From contig DAHVFY010000002.1 in NCBI GenBank assembly GCA_027316765.1, positions 1,493 to 65,492 on the forward strand: a DNA stretch of 64,000 nt. Reading direction: 5' to 3'. Every line of letters begins with the position of its first letter. The stretch's first letter is position 1. Under the pieces are notes generated by a model. That model saw only the letters and a program-made list of their open reading frames with translations, did no database searches and was not told where the DNA came from. This document shows positions 56,678 through 64,000 of the stretch, in pieces. The translations under genes and the position numbers were made by a program. Origin of the DNA: Parachlamydiales bacterium. Its GTDB lineage: Bacteria; Chlamydiota; Chlamydiia; Chlamydiales; Rhabdochlamydiaceae.

Positions 56678-57946
56678 GTGAGACTATCTTATCGTTTAAA
56701 ATTTTTACCCTTTTTTTTAATTCTTTGTGGCTGTGCTACAAAATCAACACAAAATGATTCCGATGTTTTAACCAGCATCCAAATCATCGATAGAAACGGT
56801 TTTTCTGAAACAATTAGTGTCAAATCTCGTCTTGCTAATTACGAAAATGTCAACTTTCTTGAACCGCAACCTTATAAAAAAGTGATGCAAGTTTTTGGGA
56901 AGATGAAAGGGAATCAAGCGGGAGCTAAAATCACCAGCTACCATCCTAATGGACAACCTTGGCAATATCTTGAGGTGGAAAGTGGAAGAGCTCATGGAAA
57001 CTATCATGAGTGGCATCCCAATGGTAAACTCCGTTTAACCTCTTATATCATCGAGGGTCTTCCCGATATCGGCGAAAGAGCTCAACTCAGTTGGATCTTT
57101 AATGGGAAAAGCACAGCTTACGATGAAGACGGTCATCTCATTGCAGAAATTTTTTATGAAAAAGGTTCTTTAGAAACCACTTCTCTTTACTACCACGCTA
57201 ACGGGCAAATCGCCAAGTCTGTTCCCTACCGAAATAATAAAGTTCAAAATGAAGTGTGTTCCTATAACGAGGCAGGCGAACTCATCGAACAGATTTCTTA
57301 TAAAGACGATTTGAAGGATGGTAAAGCTAAGGGGTTGTGGTCTCAAGAAATGTTAAAATATCAAGAAGAATACCACCAAGGACTCTTAAAAACGGCTGCT
57401 TATTACACAAAAGAGGGCGCACTCATTGCAGAAATTAAGGAAGGTAGAGGAACTCAGGCTTCTTTTATAGACGATAAGCTCCACTCCCTATCAGAATTTC
57501 AAGAGGGAGTAGCATGCGGTAAAGTGGAAATTTTTGATTCCGAAGGGTTTATCACAAATGTCTACCACATCCAAAATGAAAAAAAGCAGGGAGAAGAATG
57601 GGAGTATTTTTCCAAAACTCAGCAACCCAAACTCTATCTAAACTGGAATGATGATACAATTCAAGGGATGACAAAAACTTGGTATAGTAACGGCGTCTTG
57701 CAAAGCGAAAGAGAGATTCACGGCAACAAAAAACACGGTCTTGCCTTTGCTTGGTACGAAGAAGGACAGCTGATGCTCATGGAAGAATACGACAACGATA
57801 TCCTCATCAAGGGCTCTTACTATAAAAAAGGAGACAAACTTGCCGTCTCTAAAGTTGATGAGGGAAATGGTGTTGCTACTCTGTACGACAGCAAAGGACA
57901 CTTTCTAAAGAAAATCACCTATGAACGAGGAACTCCGCTTCTTTAA
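56678..57946 (+). CDS. MORN-variant (YwqK-type) repeat lipoprotein
   Basis: It has a GTG start and a lipobox-like LILCGC. Repeated units include YHPNGQPWQY...G..HG.YHEWHPNGKL, YYHANGQIAK and WYSNGVLQSE...HG...WYEEGQL. Confidence 0.7.
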   Translation: MRLSYRLKFLPFFLILCGCATKSTQNDSDVLTSIQIIDRNGFSETISVKSRLANYENVNFLEPQPYKKVMQVFGKMKGNQAGAKITSYHPNGQPWQYLEVESGRAHGNYHEWHPNGKLRLTSYIIEGLPDIGERAQLSWIFNGKSTAYDEDGHLIAEIFYEKGSLETTSLYYHANGQIAKSVPYRNNKVQNEVCSYNEAGELIEQISYKDDLKDGKAKGLWSQEMLKYQEEYHQGLLKTAAYYTKEGALIAEIKEGRGTQASFIDDKLHSLSEFQEGVACGKVEIFDSEGFITNVYHIQNEKKQGEEWEYFSKTQQPKLYLNWNDDTIQGMTKTWYSNGVLQSEREIHGNKKHGLAFAWYEEGQLMLMEEYDNDILIKGSYYKKGDKLAVSKVDEGNGVATLYDSKGHFLKKITYERGTPLL

Positions 57947-58033
57947 ACCTCGAATTGCGATTGATTGATAATAAAAAATCATCAAATGGATTGTTTTTAC
58001 GTTTTGCGTTGATTTTTCTTAGTGGGTTGCTGC

Positions 58034-58092
58034 AAATAGGTCACAATTCGGGGTAAAAATAAACTCAATAGGGAAAATAGGTCACAATTCGG
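58034..58092 (+). repeat. Two copies of an 18-nt perfect direct repeat (AAATAGGTCACAATTCGG), 41-nt period
   Basis: The copies are at 58034..58051 and 58075..58092. Similarity extends to about 25 nt (GGTAAAA vs AGTTAAAA). They lie in the intergenic region between convergent genes. Confidence 0.9.
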
Positions 58093-58106
58093 AGTTAAAA
58101 CCTACG

Positions 58107-58547
58107 TCATGGAGAAGGAGAGGGAGGGGGTGGAATCTCTGAAGGAACGGGTTGCTGTTGATAAAACTCAGTTTCTGGGAGTTGATTTGTTCCTCCGGGA
58201 TGTGGCGGCGGCTTTACCTTGCACTGTCTGTTTCCCTGAGATGTTTGCGCTGTTACCATGCCTGCATTCCCTACTTGAGGAGTCACCGAGTAGGGCGTAC
58301 CTTCTGAGCAGTACCAAAGGACGCTAAAGGGTGTTTCAGATTTCGAGGGTTCTTGATATCCTGTCATTCCACTGTTATCACTCCAAATCATCAACTGATT
58401 AGGTTGGATAAAAACCTCGCCCAACTTTTTTCCATCAGCGCCTTGAACAACAGCAATGAGCGGATAGGGACTATCATTATAAAGCCGTACTGATGATGCA
58501 AATGCTGAAAGAGAAAAACATAAAAACAACCCTAATTTTTTCATCAT
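58107..58547 (-). CDS. Small secreted protein with a Pro-rich C-terminal tail
   Basis: It has the signal peptide MMKKLGLFLCFSLSAFA and a tail PPPHPGG...PPPPSPSP. It overlaps oppA by 4 nt. Confidence 0.5.
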   Translation of the reverse strand: MMKKLGLFLCFSLSAFASSVRLYNDSPYPLIAVVQGADGKKLGEVFIQPNQLMIWSDNSGMTGYQEPSKSETPFSVLWYCSEGTPYSVTPQVGNAGMVTAQTSQGNRQCKVKPPPHPGGTNQLPETEFYQQQPVPSEIPPPPSPSP

Positions 58548-60154
58548 TTGACCTCTTCTTCAATCGATGCCCATTTTAGGTCAATTGCACCAAGGGAATT
58601 AACAACGACATTTTTCAGTCTCTCACTCTGTAAATAGAGCATGTTACCCTGACAAATCGGAATGATCGGCATCGCATTCATTAAAATTTTCTCACTCACT
58701 GAAAGAAAATATCGTCTTCTTTCAGCATCGCTTTCTTGATTGGAAGCATCCAAAAACTGCACGTATTCTGCATCTTCCCATCCCGTATTATTTGTGGACG
58801 CTTTGTTATATTTAAATACTTCAAGAAAATTGATTGGATCATTAAAGTCAGCTGACCAGCTACTAAAAGCTAAATCATAATTTCTCTTTGAAACTCGATC
58901 AAAATACACTTGAGGTTCCATTGCTTCCAATTGAATTCTAATCCCAAGTGCTTTAAACCATTGCTGCTCGACCGCCTGCGCTAGCAAATGTCGACGATCA
59001 CTTGATGCATAAATGCACGTGATTTCTGGAATATTTTCTAATTTTAATCCCAGATTTTCAAGCGCCTTATTAAAAAACATCTTTGCTGCTTCACTATCTC
59101 CATCTACAAAATAGGGGGTCTCTTGTAGACCCATGGAAACAGGCACAAGTCCTGTAGCTGGAATTTGTCCACATTGATAGATATGTTCGACAAGTTCTTT
59201 ACGGTTCATCGCAAGTGCTAATGCCTTGCGAAAATTAGGTTCAACAAGCAACGGATGCTCTATGTTACAGCGCAAAAAATCTGTCGCCAAAAAGGGCTTT
59301 GTGCAGATATTAACTTGGCTTTTAAGTGAGTCCAATGCATCTACCGGCAAAGAAGATAAAGGAGAGCCTGCCCAATCAAGATCCTTTTTTTCAAACATCT
59401 TAAATTCTGTATCGCTTGGAACCATCGCGAAATGAATTCTATCGAGCGCAACATTTTCCGCATCCCAATAGTTAGAATTTTTTATGACTGCAAACAGATG
59501 TTGATGCTGCCAAGTTTCTAGTGAAAAAGGACCATTACTCACAAAAGTGCGAACGGAAGCAGTCCATTTAGGATCTTCTCGATCGATGCGCTCATTAACA
59601 GGAAAAAACGTAGGAAATGCTAATAGTTCTAAAAAATAAGGTGTTGGCGCTTCAAGTTCTACTTCTAATTGATCTTCATTAAGCACACGAATTCCCACAT
59701 CGTCCAAGGCGCCATATCCAGATTTTGCAGCTTTTGCTCCCTTAATCACGTACAGTTGAAAAGCATTATCCGCTGCAAACTGAGGGCTCAAAACTTTTTT
59801 CCAAGAATAAGCGAAATCGTAAGCTGTAAGGGGATCTCCATTTGTCCAAAAGCTTTTGCGAAGTTTAAAAGAGTACGTTTTCAAATCTTCTGAAACAGTC
59901 ACGCTTTCTGCAAGTGCAAGCTCGGCTTTTTCAAACTTATTCAAGTGGGTGAGTCCTTCAAAGAGCATCCGAACAAGTGTTACTGCTTGTAAATCGCGCG
60001 CTTTTCTTGGATCAAGAGTCTGAGGCTCCGATACCAGATTAATGCGCGCCACAGCTCCTACTTTTTTTACAGGCTCTTTGTCATCCTGTGTTTTTGGCGG
60101 ATAACAAGCAGAGAGGATAAGTAATAAAAAAGTAGCGATCCGTGCAACTTTCAT
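58544..60154 (-). CDS. oppA: ABC transporter substrate-binding lipoprotein, family 5 (OppA-like)
   Basis: It has the lipobox LLILSAC. Its ~530-aa length and SBP_bac_5-like blocks (LFEGLT, WTNGDPLTAYDF, VIKNSNYWD) support the call. Confidence 0.8.
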   Translation of the reverse strand: MKVARIATFLLLILSACYPPKTQDDKEPVKKVGAVARINLVSEPQTLDPRKARDLQAVTLVRMLFEGLTHLNKFEKAELALAESVTVSEDLKTYSFKLRKSFWTNGDPLTAYDFAYSWKKVLSPQFAADNAFQLYVIKGAKAAKSGYGALDDVGIRVLNEDQLEVELEAPTPYFLELLAFPTFFPVNERIDREDPKWTASVRTFVSNGPFSLETWQHQHLFAVIKNSNYWDAENVALDRIHFAMVPSDTEFKMFEKKDLDWAGSPLSSLPVDALDSLKSQVNICTKPFLATDFLRCNIEHPLLVEPNFRKALALAMNRKELVEHIYQCGQIPATGLVPVSMGLQETPYFVDGDSEAAKMFFNKALENLGLKLENIPEITCIYASSDRRHLLAQAVEQQWFKALGIRIQLEAMEPQVYFDRVSKRNYDLAFSSWSADFNDPINFLEVFKYNKASTNNTGWEDAEYVQFLDASNQESDAERRRYFLSVSEKILMNAMPIIPICQGNMLYLQSERLKNVVVNSLGAIDLKWASIEEEVK

Positions 60155-60198
60155 GATAATCTCCTAAATTCACATAAAACAGAGGTTATCCAGCTTTT

Positions 60199-60969
60199 AT
60201 GAAATTTGCAATTGTTAAATCAGCAGCTCCTCTTTTAAACACACATGAATTTAACGCAGTTTTTAAACATCCCCTCCCCTTAACTACCGAAGGACTTTTA
60301 AAAGCTGTTGAAACTATAGCTACCGCTGGAACCAGCCTGGCTCTTATAAAAAAATGTAGCGAATATATCTATCAAGTTCAAACCTCAGATTATCTTAAAG
60401 ATCCTCTATTTACCGACGCTAGATTTTTAACATTTACTAACAACGAGAAAAAAGCTCCTCTCAAACTATGTCCTACGCCTAACCTACTATTAAAAAGATT
60501 AGAAGATCTCATTGGCACTCCTTATGTCTGGGGAGGAAATTGGAGCGATGGCATTCCGGAACTTTTAGAATTTTATCCTCCTCCTTATTCTTTAGATCCC
60601 TTCTCTCAAAAAAAGTGGACGCTTACAGGGGTGGACTGTTCAGGATTACTGCATCAAGTCACAGAAGGATTCACGCCACGCAATACCGCACAATTGATTC
60701 ATTTTGGAAATCCCGTTCTCATCGAGGGCCTATCCGTAGAGGCAATCGCAAAGCAACTTCTTCCTCTTGATCTCATTGTATGGGTAGGACACGTCATCAT
60801 CGTACTAAATCGTACAACAACAATTGAAAGCTCTGCTTCAAAGGGCGGCGTCGTTACAAGCGATCTTCATGGAAGACTTTCACAACTTTTTGAAACAAAA
60901 TCCCCCCAAAATAACTGGTCAGACACAGGTTCATTCGTCATCCGCCGTCACCACAGCTTTTTTTCTTAA
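60199..60969 (+). CDS. NlpC/P60 family peptidoglycan endopeptidase
   Basis: It contains GTPYVWGG, then GVDCSGLL (catalytic Cys), then VGHVIIVL (His). Confidence 0.75.
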   Translation: MKFAIVKSAAPLLNTHEFNAVFKHPLPLTTEGLLKAVETIATAGTSLALIKKCSEYIYQVQTSDYLKDPLFTDARFLTFTNNEKKAPLKLCPTPNLLLKRLEDLIGTPYVWGGNWSDGIPELLEFYPPPYSLDPFSQKKWTLTGVDCSGLLHQVTEGFTPRNTAQLIHFGNPVLIEGLSVEAIAKQLLPLDLIVWVGHVIIVLNRTTTIESSASKGGVVTSDLHGRLSQLFETKSPQNNWSDTGSFVIRRHHSFFS

Positions 60970-60972
60970 AAC

Positions 60973-61644
60973 CTATTTGAAATAATCAAGAAGGCCTTCA
61001 TTCGTAGGTTTTAAGGTCTTCTCACCAGATCTCCAATTAGCTGGACACACCTCACCGATATTTTCAACAGTAATAAGAGCATCAAGGGTACGAAGAACTT
61101 CATCAACACTGCGCCCAAGAGGAAGATCATTAATCAATTGATGGCGAATAATCCCTTCACGATCAATTATAAATAATCCTCTATAAGCAATCCCTTCTTC
61201 TTCACTAAGAACTTGAAAATGTCGAGAAATAGACTTGTCTAAATCGGAAACAAGTGGATAGCAAATCTCTTCAATTCCTCCCATGCTACGCGGTGTATTG
61301 AGCCACGCAAGATGGCTGTAAGCACTATCCACTGAGCAAGCCACAACTTGTGCATTTCTCTCTTGAAACTCTTTTGCCCTATCTTCAAAAGCAAGAAGCT
61401 CTGTTGGGCAAACAAAAGTAAAATCTAAAGGATAGAAAAAGAAAACAACATATTGACCGCGCAAATCGCGAAGGGAAAAATCATCGACAATCTCCCCATC
61501 AATCACAGCCTTTGCAGTGAACTCAGGGGCTGGTTTTCCCACTAAAAGAACATTTGCCGTTTGTTTATCTGCGCGTGGCGCTGCGTAACTTGTAGAGGTA
61601 ACAAAAAGGGATAAAGCGGTTAAAAATAAAAAAATGTGTTTCAT
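60973..61644 (-). CDS. Typical 2-Cys peroxiredoxin paralog carrying an N-terminal signal peptide
   Basis: The signal peptide MKHIFLFLTALSLFVTSTSYA-APR is followed by the same FFFYPLDFTFVCPTE and EVCPANW motifs. By eye, about two-thirds of aligned residues are identical to 9023..9622. Confidence 0.85.
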   Translation of the reverse strand: MKHIFLFLTALSLFVTSTSYAAPRADKQTANVLLVGKPAPEFTAKAVIDGEIVDDFSLRDLRGQYVVFFFYPLDFTFVCPTELLAFEDRAKEFQERNAQVVACSVDSAYSHLAWLNTPRSMGGIEEICYPLVSDLDKSISRHFQVLSEEEGIAYRGLFIIDREGIIRHQLINDLPLGRSVDEVLRTLDALITVENIGEVCPANWRSGEKTLKPTNEGLLDYFK

Positions 61645-61717
61645 AAGGTAGCTCCTACGTAGCTTTTTTTAAAAAAGTACACCTTAACTATATTTTGAAC
61701 AATATTTTTTAGTCACT

Positions 61718-63982
61718 CTAATGACGAAATTCGTCGATTAAATTCGCGACAAGTGCGCTCCAACCGGTTTGATGAGAAGCGCCAAGCCCCTCTCCCGTTT
61801 CTGGATTAAAATATTCATAGAAAAGAAGATAATCACACCAATGAGGATCATCTTTATAAGGATGTTTTCCAAAAAAGGGACGAGCGGCGTTCTTATCTTT
61901 CATAATAATGGAAATCAGTCTGTCTGCAAAAGAAGAGGCCATCTTTCTAAGATCAATCGGCACCTCATTTTCTACTTCAATTTCTAGCTTATGCTCAAAA
62001 GCTTTTGCAAATTTACTTAAAGCATCAATAAGAAGAAATGTAGTGGGCATCCAGACAGGCCCGCGCCAATTGGAATTTCCTCCCTTCACTTTAAAATACG
62101 ATTCTGCCGGTTCGTAACCCACCTTTTTATCCTCGTAAATAAAAGGAGAATTTTCATGAAATTTAGAAAGACTGCGAAGACCAAAAGAAGAGCGAAATTC
62201 CGCAGGATCCCAAACATAACGTAAAACACTTTTAAGTTGATGCTCATTCATCAAAGTGAGGACGTAACGAGTTCCTCCCTTTTTTTCTATTGGAATGATG
62301 CAAGGGTTGACAAGATCTTTCCGTTTAGCAATAAACCACTCGAAATTTCTTTTAAATTCAGGAAAATTTTTTAATTCACTCTCATCAAGAACATCTACTG
62401 CATATAAAGGAATTAAACCAACAAGAGAGCGGACTCGGAATTTAGAAAACATTCCATTAGGGTACGTGAGCACATCATAAAAAAATCCATCTCGCTCACT
62501 CCACATTTCATAATCTTTATTTCCTCTTTTTTTCATTGCATGCGCAATATAGATATAATGCTCAAAAAACTTCGTTGCCAAGGATTCATACACTTTGGAG
62601 CGTTTAGAAAGAATGAGTGCAATGCGCATCAAATTCAAACAAAACATCGCCATCCATCCCGTGCCATCTGATTGTTGTAGTTTCACACCTCCTGCAAGTG
62701 GTTGAGAGCGATCTAAAACCGTAATATTATCTAGTCCTAGAAATCCTCCCTCAAATACGTTATTTCCCGAGCTGTCAACTTTATTTACCCACCAAGAAAA
62801 GTTCATGAGAAGCTTGTGAAAACATCTTTCTAAAAAATCAAAGTCTTCTTTTGCAAACTTCTCTTTCTCTATCTCATACAGTCTAAGTGCCGCCCATGCT
62901 TGAACCGGAGGGTTTAGATCAGAAAACTCCCATTCACATGCAGGAATTTGCCCACTTGGATGTTGAAATTGATCAAAAAGAAGTAACCAAAGCTGATCTT
63001 TTGCAAACGCAATGTCAACAAGCGCTAAAGTGACACATTGAAATGCTTGATCCCAAGCGCAAAAATAAGAATACTCCCATTTATCCGGCATCGATAATAT
63101 GCGCATAGAATTGAGATGACTCCAATGATAATTTCTAATTCTATAACGTTCTTTGGGAGGGGGAAAATAAGAATTATCTCCTCTTAACCACAAAGCCACA
63201 TCATAAAGATAGATTTGTTTGCTCCAAAGCATACCGGCAAGAGCTTGTCTTTGAATCTGCTTTTCTTCTTTAAGAGCATTTTTAGGGTGGATTGTTTCGT
63301 AAAAAAGATCTGCTTCTTTTTTTCTTGTATTAATGATCGTTTGCACATCCTTAAGAGGATCTTTTGTCACATGCGGTGTTAAACGCAAAAATAAAGTCTT
63401 AGAGCCCTTGGGAGGGATTTTATCAAAAATATAATGTAAAGAAGCTTTTGTCCCCCTCTCTTCTAAATTTAGCGCCTGTGTTTCTTTCAAAATTAAATAG
63501 CGATGAAATGCATCTTTATAGAAACCACGTGGACTATCGGGATGTCTTGTCTCATTATTAGTAAATAAAAATTCCGCTCCCTCATCTGCATAAAGAAATC
63601 GTTTTCCAAGATGATAATCAAATGCAAGGCTATGAGGAGAACGCATTTCTTCATCATCTGCAATTAGGCAATTTTTACCTTTTGTAATTTTAGGTTCCAT
63701 TTCACGTACATCTCCCCAAGACCACTGATTGCGAAACCAAAGCGTTGGAAGAACATGTAAAGTTGATTCTTTATCCCCTCGATTAAACACTTCAATTTTT
63801 ATGCAAAGATCCTCCTCGGAGGCTTTTGCATATTCAATAAAAATGTCAAAATAACGATGTCTTGCAAAAACATCTGTATCAACAAGTTCATACTCTGAAT
63901 CATAAGTTGTTCTTTTTTTATTCTCTTCACGCAATTGAATGTAAGGAAATTCCTCTTGAGGATATTTATAAAGATACTTCAT
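61718..63982 (-). CDS. GH63-like (alpha/alpha)6-barrel glucosidase (glucosidase-I / MGH1-like)
   Basis: It contains FCAWDQAF, PSGQIPACEWEFSDLNPPVQAWA, GFLGLDN and GNSNWRGPVWMPTTFLLIDAL, which resemble GH63 catalytic-domain blocks. Confidence 0.55.
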   Translation of the reverse strand: MKYLYKYPQEEFPYIQLREENKKRTTYDSEYELVDTDVFARHRYFDIFIEYAKASEEDLCIKIEVFNRGDKESTLHVLPTLWFRNQWSWGDVREMEPKITKGKNCLIADDEEMRSPHSLAFDYHLGKRFLYADEGAEFLFTNNETRHPDSPRGFYKDAFHRYLILKETQALNLEERGTKASLHYIFDKIPPKGSKTLFLRLTPHVTKDPLKDVQTIINTRKKEADLFYETIHPKNALKEEKQIQRQALAGMLWSKQIYLYDVALWLRGDNSYFPPPKERYRIRNYHWSHLNSMRILSMPDKWEYSYFCAWDQAFQCVTLALVDIAFAKDQLWLLLFDQFQHPSGQIPACEWEFSDLNPPVQAWAALRLYEIEKEKFAKEDFDFLERCFHKLLMNFSWWVNKVDSSGNNVFEGGFLGLDNITVLDRSQPLAGGVKLQQSDGTGWMAMFCLNLMRIALILSKRSKVYESLATKFFEHYIYIAHAMKKRGNKDYEMWSERDGFFYDVLTYPNGMFSKFRVRSLVGLIPLYAVDVLDESELKNFPEFKRNFEWFIAKRKDLVNPCIIPIEKKGGTRYVLTLMNEHQLKSVLRYVWDPAEFRSSFGLRSLSKFHENSPFIYEDKKVGYEPAESYFKVKGGNSNWRGPVWMPTTFLLIDALSKFAKAFEHKLEIEVENEVPIDLRKMASSFADRLISIIMKDKNAARPFFGKHPYKDDPHWCDYLLFYEYFNPETGEGLGASHQTGWSALVANLIDEFRH

Positions 63983-64000
63983 ATAAGAATGAGTCGGTGT

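Noticed and set aside
58034-58092. I considered whether the direct repeats could be a minimal CRISPR array.
   Set aside because: There are only two copies, the repeat is short (18 nt perfect, about 25 nt with mismatches) with a spacer of about 16-23 nt, it has no palindromic repeat core, and there are no cas genes in the window.

Overview
The window is gene-dense and moderately AT-rich. It holds about 60 protein genes and one tRNA (Arg-ACG). I found no rRNA, CRISPR array, transposase or integrase. Several features point to a member of the Chlamydiota, probably an environmental or amoeba-associated lineage (inference). These are TopA with a C-terminal SWIB domain, a ~720-aa GreA, a ~550-aa ThyX, a membrane-anchored RsbU phosphatase, the uvrD-rpoN neighbourhood and a CIRCE-controlled groESL. 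Housekeeping genes include eno, rsgA, groESL, putA, uvrD, rpoN, dprA, topA, uvrB, thyX, tyrP, greA, rdgB, dusB, oppA and two ahpC paralogs. The unusual part is the density of envelope-glycan genes. There are four GT9 heptosyltransferase-like genes, a gmhA-like isomerase, a Wzm/Wzt ABC exporter, a WaaL/Wzy_C-like protein, tandem membrane-anchored GT4 paralogs, GT32 and GT90 eukaryote-type transferases, a GH63-like glucosidase, an orphan YjbH-like outer-membrane protein and an LtaS/sulfatase-like transferase. The best candidates for undescribed biology are listed here in rough order of interest.
1. The gap-free heptosyltransferase/gmhA/wzm-wzt/ligase operon at 33.7-39.1 kb, which implies a complex exported glycan not expected for chlamydial LPS.
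2. A translationally coupled GT32 / 12-Cys tail-anchored miniprotein / HExxH membrane protein module at 26.8-29.1 kb.
3. A small family of AT-rich genes at 10.5-13.2 kb. They share an N-terminal motif and two near-identical promoter cassettes.
4. An orphan PilM-PilN-fusion / PilO-like / MORN-lipoprotein operon at 54.6-57.9 kb.
5. An MBL-fold hydrolase interrupted by a single in-frame TGA at a conserved Gly codon.
All functional calls come from reading motifs by eye. No database search or alignment statistic was run.
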